A program made the translations under genes and the position numbers. The notes beneath the pieces were generated by a model. That model was not told where the DNA came from and ran no database searches. It was given only the letters and a program-made list of their open reading frames with translations. 64,000 nt of DNA from Malacoraja senta (Eukaryota), in assembly GCA_038087875.1 (NCBI GenBank), contig CM075993.1:4774001-4838000 (forward strand), written 5' to 3'. Numbering within the stretch: position 1 is the first letter of the stretch; each line of letters opens with the position of its first letter. Below, in pieces: positions 49,012-62,683 of the stretch.

Positions 49012-49556
49012 AGAATATTCCCAGGAATGATTGGATTAACATATGATGAGTGTTTGACGACACTGGGCCTGTACTCGCCAGAGTTTAGAAGGATGAAGGG
49101 GAGACCTCATTGAAACTTACCGAGTAGTGAAAGGCCTGGATAGTGTGGATGTGGAGAGGATGTTTCCACTAGTGGGAGAGTCCAGGACCAGAGGCCATAG
49201 CCTCAGAATAAAAGGACGTACCTTTAGAAAGATGAGGAGGAATTTCTTTAGTCAGAGGGTGGTGAATCTGTGGAATCCAGTGCCACAGAAGGATGTGGAG
49301 GCCAAGTCAATGGATATTTTTAAGGTGGAGATTGACAGATTCGGGTGCTGTCGGTATGGAGTTTGTACGTTCACCCTGAGACCCTCAAGGGTTTTCCCTG
49401 GGTGCTCTGATTTACTCCCACGCTCCAAAGATGTATGGGTTTGGCAAAATTGTAAATTGTGAGTAGGATAGTGTTAGTGTGTGGGAATGGCTGGTCGGCG
49501 CAGACTCGGTGTGCTGAAGAGCTTATTTCTGGGCTGTATCTCTAAACTAAACTAAA
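49012..49556 (+). mobile_element. CR1 fragment fused to a V-SINE 3' part
   Basis: Encodes RMFPLVGESRTRGHSLRIKG…FFSQRVVNLWN, then V-domain and (ctaaa)n tail from ~49341. Confidence 0.85.
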
Positions 49557-50134
49557 GTCATTGAAGCAATCCAATACGCTCTCTTTAAAAATTATGATTT
49601 GTTAAATTAGCATCAAGGAGTTTATGTTCTACGTACAAAGTGCATTGGGATGCCAAATGCATGACAAGAAAGTGGTAGCATACAGGTTTTTGTGATGGAT
49701 TCAGAATGGTGCTTCATATTCATTGTGTATGTTAAGGAGAAGTGATGAGCATACACAGAGTGAGATCTTTTGCACGAGGCAAAGGGTGTAGAAGATTTAA
49801 ATCGTATTTGAAGATGATTTCTCTGTCCATTTCACATTTAAGTGATAGCCTGAATTGTTCCTTTGGGTGCTGAACTTGAGCACTACTCAAAGGCTTACAC
49901 CATGATATTCTTTCCAGATGTCTAGTTATTAATCATAATATGCTTCCATTATTTCCCACTGATAATCTGGTAACATTTTTTTGAGTTCTCATTAACCTTT
50001 AGTGCTCATGAAAGTTTATTTATTTTTACTCTTTCTATATGTTATTATCTCTTATTCTTTATCTAATTCCAGTAAACTTACAACTCTATATGGTTTTCAT
50101 ATCCTTCCTTACAAATGTGACTAGAATTTCATAC

Positions 50135-50590
50135 GAAGGTAGACATAAAATGCTGTAGTAACTCAGCGGGTCAGGCAGCATCTCTGGAGAGAAGGAATGG
50201 GTGACATTTCGGGTCGAGACCCTTCTTCAGACTGATGTCGGCGGAGGGGGCAGGACAAAGATAGAATGTAGTCGGAGACAGTAAGACTAGTGGGAGAACT
50301 GGGAAGGGGAGGGGATCAAGAAGGAAAGCAAGGGATATATGAAGTTAGAGAAGTCAATGTTCACATCGTTGGGGTATAAACTACCCAAGCGAAATATGAG
50401 GTGCTGTTCCTCCAATTTGTGCTGGGCCTCACTCTGATAGTGGAGGAGGCCCAGGACAGAAAGGTCAGATTGGGAATGGGAGGGGGAGTGCTGAGCCACC
50501 GGGAGATCAGGTAGGTTAAGACTGACTGAGCGGAGGTGTTCAGCAAAACGATCGCCGAGCCTGCGCTTGGTCTCGCCGATGTAGAGAGAT
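50135..50590 (-). mobile_element. Penelope-like element: GIY-YIG endonuclease and 3' pseudo-LTR
   Basis: ORF 50287-50607 LYIGETKRRLGDRFAEHLRSV…KLEEQHLIFRLGSLYPNDVNIDF, directly followed by the LTR motif shared with the short elements. Confidence 0.9.
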
Positions 50591-51126
50591 TTCATACAGT
50601 AGTCCAATAGTACCTAATTAAAATTCTATTTCAAATTCAACATTAATCCCTTTTATAGTCAATTTCTAGCTTTTTTTTCCAAAGATATGCAGCAGTCCTT
50701 TTTACCTTTTTTATGTCTGTTCATCCGGCATTCTTTTCTTTTAAGTTCCTGCACCTTTACTTCACTCGGTTATTCCATACTTCTAATAGTATTTGCCCTT
50801 TTGGTGCTGATTTTTCAAAATATGTTTTGAACATTTTATTTTCGGGACTAGCTGTGAGCTGTGAATGTAAACCTGTCAACTTCTCATGCCCACCACTCCT
50901 TCAAAGATGATATTTGAATAAGGATAAAATAAATCTCAATAGACATTCCGGGATGGCTGTAGAACGTGTTTTACTCAAAATATGAAACCAGAAATTAGAA
51001 TGATAAATGGATTATTTACCCAGCTTGGTGTGGAGCAAATGTTCTTAAAGCCTATTGAATCAGAGATGAATCCGATTAATAATTGGATAAAAGTGCTTTA
51101 CCTTTTTTTAAAAAATCTTTCTTTAG

Positions 51127-51240
51127 ATTTTTTTGAAGGATAAAAAGCGCTTTGACAACGCAGACATTGATGGAGTGCCTGGACTGACTTTGGAAGAATT
51201 TGTTGCATTTGAACACCCAGAAGAAGCTGAGTATATGACG
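51127..51240 (+). CDS. RCN2: RCN2 coding exon 4 (EF-hand 3)
   Basis: ctttag acceptor and ACG|gtgggt donor, 114 nt, [38 protein letters not shown]. Confidence 0.96.
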
Positions 51241-51579
51241 GTGGGTTGGAATTTGTTGTACACGGTACATTAAATAATAATCGTAATTTGGCACAGTGAA
51301 GTATCCTGGTAATCCTGGATTCCACAAAAATCTAGTCATCTTCATAGCAAGAGTTTTCCCTTCTCCCATATTTGTACCTGTTAGGTGTCATTACAATGTG
51401 ATCCTATCATCAATGCTGATGTCATCGGACTATCTGAACAGATAGTCACACTGAAGAAATCATACAGAAAACCAAGAAACTTTTTAAATTAACTTGGTAA
51501 ATACTATGGACTGGACCTCCCTGGATCTGGCTTCTCAGAGTGGCCAACTGACCAGACTAACCAAACATAGAACAGTACA

Positions 51580-51800
51580 GTGTTTAAGAAGGAGCTGCAG
51601 ATGCTGGAAAATCGAAGGTAGACAAAAATGCTGGAGAAACTCAGCGGGTGCAGCAGCATCTATGGAGCGAAGGAAATAGGCAACGTTTCTTCCCTTTCTT
51701 GCAGTCTGAAGAAGGGTTTCGGCCCGAAACGTTGCCTATTTCCTTCGCTCCATAGATGCTGCTGCACCCGCTGAGTTTCTCCAGCATTTTTGTGTACCTA
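51580..51800. mobile_element. Young fold-back Penelope pseudo-LTR element in an RCN2 intron
   Basis: Near-perfect inverted arms ~51622-51689 and ~51726-51793. Confidence 0.85.
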
Positions 51801-52282
51801 CTGTTAAACTAATCTCTTCTGCAAGCATGTGATCCATATCCTTCCATTCCCTGCATATAAATCAATGAGCCGACCTAAAATCTGCTTAAACACCACTAAC
51901 GTATCTGATTCCACCACCTCTCTTGGCAGCACGTTCCAGGCACCCACCACTATCCGTGTAAAAAAAAAAATTGCCCCACGCATCTCAACTTTCCCCTTCT
52001 GATCTCAAACCAGAGCTGAGTGATCTCACTGGCTCTACGTGCTGGACTATGCATACTCTTCAAAATTTTAGTTATTGTCTAGAGAGTATTAACTGGGTAA
52101 CCAAGGATGTAAATTATTCAGGTAAAATTCTTGCAATTTGTTGGATAATTTATACAGTTTCATGTATCTACCGGTAGCCATTTAAGAACTTGTTTGTTAA
52201 TTACAACAGAATAATCAAATGTGGGTGATGCCATAACTGATGGAATCATATCCATACAAATGCTTCAATTTTCTTATTGCAG

Positions 52283-52379
52283 GACTACGTCATACAGGAC
52301 GCTTTAGATGAACACGACCGTGACAAAGATGGATTTGTGAGCTTGGAGGAATTCCTTGGTGACTATAGAAAAGACCCAG
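52283..52379 (+). CDS. RCN2: RCN2 coding exon 5 (EF-hand 4 [12 protein letters not shown])
   Basis: ttgcag acceptor and G|gttatt donor, 97 nt, [32 protein letters not shown]. Confidence 0.96.
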
Positions 52380-53047
52380 GTTATTTGATTACTCTAACAT
52401 TTATAACATCAAAATATCAAGTATTTATGTAATACTTTCTCAGTAATAAAACATGGACTATGGAGGGATTAAATTATTTGGCCAATCCTGATATTTTAGT
52501 GATCTTACCATGATTATTACATTTCTGAAAATTCCTTTTGTTGTCGCTACCCACCATTCAACACATTTCCTCTACTCATTATTCCAGAATTGCAATCGAG
52601 ACTCCTGCACTATCGTCTGTGTTTTCTTTTTGAAAGCCTTCTCTTTCCTTAGTATCTTCTCCCCAGAAAGATAGACTAAGTAATATTTTGCCAACTTGCC
52701 AAATGTTGAATTTTTATTTTCAAAATTGGTAATGATGCACACTGGGCCCTTTCACCTCTGTTGCAAAACCTAGCGTAGCAAATTGCATGGAACATACATT
52801 GAAACCTACACTCCCTGCATTGGCCTCATCTCGAGTGTGGTGTTGTGAAAAGGAAAGGGCAAAATCAATTGTTGAAGGAGGAAGATTGAAAAATACTACA
52901 AGGCTATATTGGTGTGTGACGGCAATTGAATGGGTGCACAGACATCAGTTAACTGAAACAGCTGCTATTTGATAGTATTGTAAGCCTATAATCTCAGATG
53001 TTTTAACATATCTGAAGTAACTGCAGATCATTTATTGTTGGTGAATT

Positions 53048-53318
53048 TTACTTTGATGAGATACGGAGTGGAAACAGGCCCTTCGGCCCACAGAGTCTGC
53101 ACCGACCAGCGTTCAGCCTGTACACTAACACTATCCTACACACTAGGGACAATTTACATTTTTACCGAAGCCCAAATAACCTACAAACCGGTAGGTCTTT
53201 GGAATGTGGGAAGAAACCGGAGTACTCGATGAAAACCCACGCGGTGACAGGCAGAACGTGCAAACTCCATACAGACAGCACCCAATAGTCAGGATTGAAC
53301 CCGGGTCTCTGGCACTGT
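53048..53318 (-). mobile_element. V-SINE (HE1-like)
   Basis: B box, V-domain and tail. Confidence 0.8.
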
Positions 53319-53474
53319 GCCTGCACAGTGTACACTGAGTATGTAATTAACCTTCTTGCTCTCCTTTGCCCAAGAATCTGAATACTTCCCAAAATGCTAA
53401 TTTCCATTATTGTTAACATGTGGCTAGTTAGGATTTATCTATTTAAATATATTATTTATGCCTCTTGGAAATAG

Positions 53475-53617
53475 GCGCAGAGGATGACCCTGAATGGGTA
53501 ACTGTGGAAAAGGATCGGTTTGAAACTGATTATGACAAGGACAAGGATGGCAAACTTAATAGACAGGAACTTTTGTTGTGGATTGTTCCGAACAACCAGG
53601 ACATCGCGCTAGATGAG
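53475..53617 (+). CDS. RCN2: RCN2 coding exon 6 (EF-hand 5 [12 protein letters not shown])
   Basis: aatag acceptor and GAG|gtaaag donor, 143 nt, [47 protein letters not shown]. Confidence 0.96.
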
Positions 53618-55383
53618 GTAAAGCTGTTTTAAAATATATATTTTTTTTAATTAAAATTTTTTTAAACCTATGTCACAGTAATTTCTTTTGGCCCTTGAAA
53701 AGTTTTTTTTTATGGAAAGAGAGAAATCTTAATGTAGAATCAGCTGAGTGTACTCCCAATCTGAAAATCACCTTTGGCTATCACTACACAGGCCACTGGA
53801 CAACTGGTGTTGGTAATCCAAGTAATAATTCAGGCGCTGAAACAATAAGAATCGACTATCTAATTCATGTTTTTCATAGCATAAAAGGGGCAACTGGCCC
53901 ATTGGTTCTCATAATTCCCATTTTCCTGCTTATTTCCATGTAACCATTTCTCTCTCACATGTTCATCAGCTCCTGAGTTAGATATTCTAAGGGCTAACGG
54001 AATCAAGGGAAATGGGAAGAAAGCAGGAACGGGGTACAGATTTAGGATGATCAGCCTTGATCATATTGGATGACGGTGCTGGCTTGAAGGGCCGAATGGT
54101 CTACTCCTGCAACTATTTTCTATGTTTCTCCTTTGCAAGTACACCAATGGAAATTGACACCACCTGACTAACCTGCAAAAGCATATCTTTAAGAAAACCA
54201 GAGCACAAAGACACCACTGGAGGTCAAGATGTAACCGTGGTTGTAGAGTTGTGAGGCAGCTGCTCTATCTCCTACGTCACAGTGCTTGTTTATATGTAGA
54301 AATGCTGGAGTAACTCAGCATGTCAGGCAGCATCTCTGGAGAACATGGATAGATGATGTTGCAGATTGAGAACCTTCCTCAGACTGATTGTATGGGAAGA
54401 AAGCTGGGAGAGAGGAGAGGCAGGACAAGGCCTGGCAGGTGAACACAAGCGGGAGTGTTTTGATAGGCAGATGGTTGGAACAAAGACCTCAAATTGAAAC
54501 AAGGTGTGAAACAAAAGGAATGAAGAGTTCAGAAGTGTGAAGCCAGAGGAAGGAATGTGGCTGGAGGGGTAGGAGAGAAATGGATGCGAGTCCAGATAGT
54601 TGGGCTGAAGCGTAATGTTGGAGGAAAACCAGAAAATGCCATATTCAGTCTCATGCTGCATCAGTTTTAAGTGGGGATACCAGATTGGATATTGAGTGTC
54701 CAGGAGAGAAAGATTTCATTCCCGTAATACTTTGACAATAAAAATTAAGAGGTTAGTGCAGACTTGGTGGGCCAAAGGGCCTGTTTCCATTCTATATTTC
54801 AAACTAAAACATAGAAAATAATATTCTGGGGAAATAAATTGCTCGTAATTTAGACCCTTGTATGAAGTAAGGAAAATGCTTGGATTAGAGGAGTTAAGCA
54901 TTACTTTGAAAGCTTCAATAGTGTTATGTTTTGGGAGATTTTGTCAAAAACACCAGCAAACCATGTCTCTGATACAATCTTAGACAGAACAAATACTACA
55001 TTTGAATCTGAATGAAAAGCAAAATGAGAGCAAAAAATAGCAATTTTTAGTTTCCTGGTCCAGTAACCATCACTGGCAGGTGGAGCAGATAGATTGTCAT
55101 TTTATTGACAGTAATACTAAGTCTGTAGTATGAATTGTATATAGTACATAAGATGGAGGCCTCAAACGTGACAAGAACAATGTATTCAAGAGAAGGAAAT
55201 TAAGATTATTTAATTTACTGTGTGGTCCAAAATTTATTCAACAAAGCCATGTGATGCTGTAGACTTCTAAACTAATCACTAGGTGGTGTGCTCGAGCTAT
55301 TGTACTTTTGTCATTCATCCAGATATTCTCAGTCAAAATCATATTTTGTTTAAGGCTGACTGCGAGTTTCTGTTCTATAACAG

Positions 55384-55536
55384 GCTGATCATCTTGTGAA
55401 AGAAATGGATACAAATGGAGATAAGAAACTCACAGAAGGAGAAATAATGGCTAATCAAGATCTCTTCCTCAACAGTGAAGCAACCGACTATGGTAGCCAA
55501 CTACATGACGATAAATTCTATCATGAAGAACTCTAG
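55384..55536 (+). CDS. RCN2: RCN2 last coding exon (EF-hand 6; ER-retrieval signal HEEL)
   Basis: aacag acceptor, [50 protein letters not shown]. The seven exons sum to 960 nt, i.e. 319 aa plus stop. Confidence 0.97.
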   Translation, partial: ADHLVKEMDTNGDKKLTEGEIMANQDLFLNSEATDYGSQLHDDKFYHEEL

Positions 55537-58100
55537 TGCCAATAATCCTCCAGTGCTCGGTTTGTTTCTGTGAATAATTAAATTTCTTAGACCACATTCA
55601 ATGAAACTTAACAGTTGGACAAGCTCTAATCACTAATAAGCTTTAATAGAATAAAACGAGCAGTCAAATAGATTTTAACAATGTTACTCCTGTTACAAAA
55701 AACCTGCATTCCTACTATTCTACTTGCCTTTGACGGTAATCTTGTTCATTCCTGTTTCACTTGTGTTGTCATGAAGGGAATTCCCTAAATTAGTGCAGAC
55801 ACTATTGCCTTTGAGAATATTTTTAGTCATTACAAAATGGTATAGGTTACAAATTATAATTGTACTACCTTTTGAAACCAATGTTAATATTTTTAGTGGA
55901 GTATCAACTTTCACTGCCATAAGGCACTACAATAAATTTCAAATATTTCTGAGTAAGGAAACTTCCATCTGCTAATTAGTTTTACATTTTAAAATGCATA
56001 CATACTGAGCAGATATTTAGAAAAAAACACGTTAAGACAATGAGGCCTGATTTCTTGTTCCCATTAGCTTGATTCTTTAATACATAGCTTTATGATTTTG
56101 CCTCAAAAATGGAGGAATTTCTTCATAGGAAATTTAATAATGGGTATGGATTATTTTAAACACCTATACTTAGCACTTAAGCTGCTATTTCACTTAGCAG
56201 AGGAAAAATAATGTGAACGTATCAACCATTGTAGTCAAACGTGCTTTCTAGATTCAATCTAAAAGCATAGTTGGAAGAAAACAGCACCATAGCTTGTACC
56301 AACTGTTAACTCCATTATCAGGGACCTAAGAAAAATCTGGATGAACTGGGAAAAGTTTTTAAAAAAAACAGCAGTGATATTCTTCACCATGAAAAACATA
56401 ACATTTATAAAAAAAGTATTTTTGAAAATCCCCAAAACATTTATAAATTTAAAACATTACTTGAAACTTGACATAGCCTATACTACCTTTTTGGATGAAT
56501 TCTTTTGTTGTAACTTTCTTCTCAAATTGTTTATAATACAGTGCATTAAGATAGATGGCCAAATAATTGCCTAGTCTGTGTTTTAATTGTTTAAAGTTAC
56601 CAATTAAAGAAATTCAATCCTACGGAGTTGCTATACACTTTCTAATTTTACTCTATAATTTATTATTTGAGCTAATTTATATTTCAGTGGCATCACTTGA
56701 TGATCCACTCAAACCTGTCTTTGTAAGATGTTCTTTCTTGGTTTACACTTTGTCAAGGACGGGGAGGGAATGGCCATTTCAGCCTGGGTTTTCTGCAGAA
56801 TTCAATGTGTACTTCCTGATAAATGTTATTTCGTTAATGGAATTGAATCCAGAACCTAGTTACATTTGTACTTTTCTTTAGCCTTCCTTCCTCTTGAGCT
56901 AATATGCCCAGTACTCTAAACTCTGTTCAGTGCCACTTGTGTGTTCCAGAATGAAAATAATGTTACTGTGCTGTCAGTCTCAAATAAATAGAATTGGCAC
57001 AAAGTCTGCATGACTAACATCGCAGAATTATTAATGATTTGGTTTCTGCAGTAAACTGGTTTCTTGACTCGACAGTGCAGCATCCACAAATATCAGCTTG
57101 ACACCTCTAGACTGGTTATGTTCATACAATTAATTAGTATGCATCCTGTTTTTGTTCTGTGCAGAATATTTTGAAGTGCAAAGCTAATGAAGATGTGCTC
57201 AGCTTTATCTTTCATATCAGTGTTTCTGTAGTTCCGATCTATTACTGAAAATGTTGTTCCTAAAACGAAACAGTTCTGTTTTGTTCAATATATGAAGTAC
57301 CCCACTATCAGCATTGTATTCTCGATATGGTATAGACCAATATTTCAGTGATAGCAGCTGGCTAATTAATCTTTGTGAACACTTGAATCTGCATATGAAT
57401 TACATTAACATTGGATATTCATATGATTTACAGTTAAATTTAAAGATCTGTATTTGCTCATTTTTAATTTCGATTTCTAATTTAATATCTATTCCTTTTC
57501 TTGTATACACTGATCTTATAATAAGATAATTGTTTTTTATTAATTTCTTTGGTTATTTGTTAATGATTCCATATTAGCCTTTTATAGTGACCAGTACTGC
57601 TGCTGAGATCAACAGGAAAAATGTTTCAGTTAGACTTACTATGTAAATATTGAACCTGTGGAAGGCATTAATGAATCATAAAGATATGGAAAAGGTCTAA
57701 GCGGCTTCATTGACACTGCACTTGAGAGGGGGGGAGCTAAAGAATCTTAATTTGAGTCATAACACAAAGTTGTTTTTTTAATCCGCTGAATGTCAATACT
57801 TCATAACAGCAGCATCTGAATGTTCAAGCTGTAACTTAATGTGTTATCAATGAAGTAATTAATACTCCAGTTCTCTTTTGATGAATAACCTTGTTACTTT
57901 TTCACTGAAGTTAAGGAAATGTTTCCTTTTACAAAGTTATGATACCTTTTGATTAGTCTTGTCTAGTTTTCTGGTTTAGAACCAAGATGACAACCTGACT
58001 ATATCTTAAACCAATACCACTACACCCTGTTGTTTAAAATTAGATGTTTGCCTAAAGTTCAATTAAAATCCTGTGAAATATAACTGAATTGCCTTTGTTT
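55537..58100 (+). other. RCN2 3' UTR with several candidate polyadenylation signals
   Basis: AATAAA at 55650, 55931 and 56983; ATTAAA at 58062 followed by a T/GT-rich tract. No recognisable SINE/LINE copies in the interval. The true end is uncertain. Confidence 0.5.
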
Positions 58101-58914
58101 TTCCTCTTGTACCATACATTAGAATTGATTGTAATTACCATTTTCTTCATGTGATGAATCACACCCAGAAGGTTACCCTATCTTTATCTGAACCACTGTT
58201 AATTTCAAGCACTGTTTATATTTACCTAAATTACTATTGAAACACAAAGTACTTGTGCTATAACACCAGGACAAGCGCTCAACCAAGCCAAAAGCCAAAG
58301 TATCTTAACTGCTTATACACACTTATGCTAAGGACAATAACTAAGTCCAGATGCAATAATAACCTATCTACATATTAACAAGCACATAAAAACTGATCGT
58401 GTGGATGCAAGTATATCATTGGGGTTATCAAGTGGGCACCTCCCTTCACTGGTGTTCCGTTGAGTTAGGCCCACAACAGCTCCGGAAGACTCAACAGTTA
58501 GTTCTGGTGCATGTGCTTGGAGCTGAGCCCAGTGAAGGTAGAACTATTTGCGTTTGTTGTTGGGGTAACAATTCCAACATTGTTGGAAAAGTGTAACCAC
58601 CGCAGCAAGATGTCTGCAGCAAACAATATAAACCAAATTACTAACCCATCAAACATCTCCCAAACATTGGTAATATAAAGGAAAGTACATCAATAAAAGC
58701 AGACAGCAATATTTCTTCTTTATCCATTCACGAATGATGACCATCTTTGGAAAACCCTCTATGTTTGCAGTCCATTAATTGTCCCAATTGGCCAACATTG
58801 CTGGGCCTGGATACAAAGATGGGGTGAATTGAATAAAGATGACAATTTTCCTTCCTTGTAGAATGTGGATCAAACATAAAATTGAACAATAATCGGGTTT
58901 ACGAAGCACGGTCG

Positions 58915-59770
58915 AGTACATGCCCCATCAATGGTGCTGAAGTGGAAATGGTTGAGAGCTTCAAGTTCCTTTGCATTTTTACCACCAATGATCTGTCATG
59001 GGCCAACCACATTGATGTGCCAGCCAAGAAGGCACACCTATGCCTCTACGTCCTGAGGAGGCTGAGCAAATTCGCCATGTCTCCCATGACTATTATAAAC
59101 TTCTAATGCACCATAGAAAGCTGACTGTTGGGTTGCCTAGTAGCTTGGTCTGAAGACAGCTCTGACCAAAACCGCAAGAAATTGCAGAGTTGTCGGTATA
59201 GCCCAGTCCACACAGACCAGACTTACTACCATCGATACCATCTACATTTCATGCTGCCTCGGAAAAGCAGCCAACATAATCATAGATGTCTCACCCAATA
59301 GATAGAGCAAAGGGGAAAGTACAGAATACAGTTCTTAGCATTAGAGTCATACAGCATCGGAAACAGGCTCATTGGCCAACTTGTCCATGCAAAGCATTTC
59401 TTCTCCCCAATCCCGTCCAAAAAAATATACAGAAGCTGGAAAGCACGCACCACCAGACTCAGGAACAGCTTCTTCCCCTCTATTATCAGGCTTCTGAATT
59501 GCCCTTCCATAGGCTAGAGTACTGTCCAATTCACCTCTTCCCCATTGTGGACATTGGACTTTATCTGTGGAACTGATGCGCTACAAAGAGGTAGATATAA
59601 GGAATGAGCTGCGAGAGGAGATGGGTGAGGCAGATACAATCCAAATGGGACTAGCTTTTATGGGGCATCATGTTTGGCATGGGTGAGTTTCCCATGTTGT
59701 ATGACTCTAATTTTGAGAACTATATTCTATAGTTCCCCTTCCCCTTTACAGTATCTATTGTACTTGATTT
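58915..59770 (+). mobile_element. Decayed Rex1/Babar-like LINE 3' fragment with insertions
   Basis: INGAEVEMVESFKFL…DLSWANHID…KKAH…LRRLSKF; same family as 23130-23700. Confidence 0.7.
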
Positions 59771-60332
59771 TGCAAGGAAAATCTGATTTCTTTAGATAGT
59801 AATACTTTGTGGTATGTGCAACTAATATTGTTAAATACCACAAGTGGGTTAATGGCTAACATGTTAAACAGTTGAAATGAAGCTTTTTTATTGTAGCGAT
59901 TTGTCAAATGGTGGGAAGTTATAAGATGATGTGTATAAAAGGAGATTTTTCACTTACTGAGAGGACTTTACCTTGGAACTGAGGTTGTTAGCTGTGCTGC
60001 AGGCAATAGACGGAGAAGATAATCTTACCTTCACTGTTGCCTGGTGTCCAAAACAACAGAAGGAATGGGAGACAACTTCTTTTTAATCTGTTTGTTGGAT
60101 CAATTGATAGAATCCCTTTGCAACAGTGTTCATGAATGGTATTACAGGCTCTGGGCAATTCTTACATTTGTCATCTCATCGCCATTGGTATGCACTAGCA
60201 GTAGAGCAACAAGAGCTGTTTGTACTTTAAGAGTACTAACTGTTTTTCTCCTTGTTACTACCTAATAAAACAGTTTCCCCCAAAAAAATTTGATTAATCA
60301 GAATCATATGATGATAAGCCAGATTTTTGAAA

Positions 60333-60582
60333 CCAAAGATAGACACAAAAAGGTGGAGTAACTCAGAGTGTCAGACAGCATCTCTGGAGAAAAGGAATAG
60401 GTAATGTTTCCAGTTGAGACCCTTCTTCATACTGAGAGTTAGGGGAGAGGGAACAGAGAGATACAGACAGTGAACGGTCACCTATTCCTTTTCTCCAGAG
60501 ATGCTGTCAGACCCGCTGAGTTACTCCAGCTTTTTGTGTCTGTCTTCGATTTAAACCAGCATCTGCAGTTCCTTCCTAAACA
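60333..60582. mobile_element. Fold-back Penelope pseudo-LTR element
   Basis: Inverted arms; flanks resemble an imperfect TSD (tttgaaacca/ttgcaacca). Confidence 0.8.
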
Positions 60583-61671
60583 TTTTGCAACCAATAAATT
60601 GTTCTGAACCTTCCAAATCAATAAAAGCAGATGGGCATGGCCAAAAGCTTAGTGAAAGGTTGAAAAATAGCTGCAAATTTAAGTGCACAGCCCAAAGATG
60701 TCTAGGAAGGTTTTACAATTAGTTAAGTATATTTGTTTCTTGTATGGTTACCGTTGGACCAGCTAAAAAATGTGTTAGACAAGAATAAAGTGAGTTTCAA
60801 GAGACACGTACATGGGTAGGGAAGGTTTCGAGGTATGTGGCCCAAACGCAGGCAGGTGGGACTAGCGTAGATTTGACAACTTGGTCGGCATAGACAAGTT
60901 GAGCTCAAACAGCAGAGGTTGAGCTGTTTCCATGCTGTATGACTCTATGACTGGGATTAACGTTTACTGGTGTCATTTGCAGTTTGTGATATTGCTATAT
61001 GAAAATTAGCTGCCATGCACACCCACTCAATATTTAAAACTAATTTCCTGGTTATAATGTTGAAAATATTTAAGGAGTATTTATATACGAGCTCTTCTAG
61101 GCTCTCTTATGTCAAACTAGTTTTTTAAAAACTGTGACTGTGCACCATGGATGATTTCACAGATGTGATGTTGATTGTGTAAGATGATAGGCCAGGCTTC
61201 CTGTTTAAGAACAGAAGTCTTAATGTGCTAAATGTATAAACTTAGTTGATTACAAGTGACTTCCAGCTCTGAATTGCATCGCATGTGTTTTGCAAACAGT
61301 CCTGCTGCAATTAAGCGAGCCAGCTTGCACTTGTTCCAAAAATGGGTGTGAAACGGAGAGCAAATTTGCCAAAAATAAAAGTCTTTAAGAAACCTATTCT
61401 CAGAATGTAGGTAACACTAACAAGAACCCATGCAGCCTTTATGGTGATGCTGCTTTCTCAGTAAACAGAGGGAAGTAATTTCATGATAACCATATGCTGT
61501 ATGTTCAAAGTAACTGTATTTTAGAAACAAGGAACTGCAGGTGCAAGTTTACCATGGAAAGACACAAAATGCTGGACTAACTCACAAGTCAGGCAGCATC
61601 ACTAGAGAACATGGATGGGTAACACTTAAAGAAGGGTTTTGACACGAAACATGACCTATCCATGTTCTCCA

Positions 61672-61968
61672 ATAGGCGGTGCAGTGAGTAGAGTTGATGC
61701 CTTACAGCGTCAGAGACCCGGGTTCGATCCCGATTATGGGTGCTGTCTGTACAGAGATTGTACATTCTCCCTGTGACCGTGAGTTTCCTCCGGCTGCTCT
61801 GGTTTCCTATCGCATTCCAAAGACGTGCAAGTTTGTAGGTTAATTGGGCTTCTTTAAATTATCCCTAGTGTGTAGGATGGGACGAATGTATGGGTGATCA
61901 CTGGTCGGTGTGGACTTGGTGGGCCAATAGACCTGTTTCCACGCTGTATCACTGAACTAAACTAACCA
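61672..61968 (+). mobile_element. V-SINE (HE1-like)
   Basis: gacccgggttcgatcc B box, V-domain and (aacta)n tail. Confidence 0.85.
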
Positions 61969-62586
61969 ACTGCCGAGAAAATCTTGCAGTATTTCCAGGC
62001 ACATTACACGTCTTGTACATCTCAGGGTAGAACAGTGGATGAAAGTTGTTGCCTGGGAGTCATACTCTGCTCCAAGTTGGCACAGTCTGTTTCATTATAG
62101 GAGGTGTTCTGAATGGAGCTGATCGCTGATGGGCCTGATGAGACCCGAATGCTGTGCCTGAAAATTCTCGAGCTGGAGATATTCCCCCGAGTTGGAAATC
62201 TCCTGCAGTCAGGATGTTTGGCAGCACTCTTTGGAATATTAAAGTCAGTCACTTCTCCTTTCTAGCGGCATTAGGTCTTGAATTTTTACTTGGATCAATG
62301 CAATGATGATATCTGGTGCCAAGTGGTCCTGGTAGAATACAAACTGAATGCTGATGATTCAGATTACATTAAATTACATAGCACAGGCACAGACAAGACA
62401 GCCATTATGCTTGTACTGGCTCTTCAAACCGTTTATCCAGCTAGTCCCAATGCCTTATTTTCTCCTTAGCCCTGGAAGAAAATTTATTCCCTTTACCAAT
62501 TGCATTTTGATAGTTATTATTATTGAATTTCATTCCACCACATATTCAGGCAATGCAAACCAGATCCTAACACTTCGCCTGAAATC

Positions 62587-62683
62587 TGTCAGTCTGAAGA
62601 AGGGTTTCGGCCCAAAACGTTGCCTATTTCCTTCGCTCCATAGATGCTGCTGCACCCGCTGAGTTTCTCCAGCATTTTTGTGT
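62587..62683 (+). mobile_element. Young Penelope pseudo-LTR element with 10-bp TSD
   Basis: GCCTGAAATC at 62577-62586 and 62684-62693. Confidence 0.8.
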
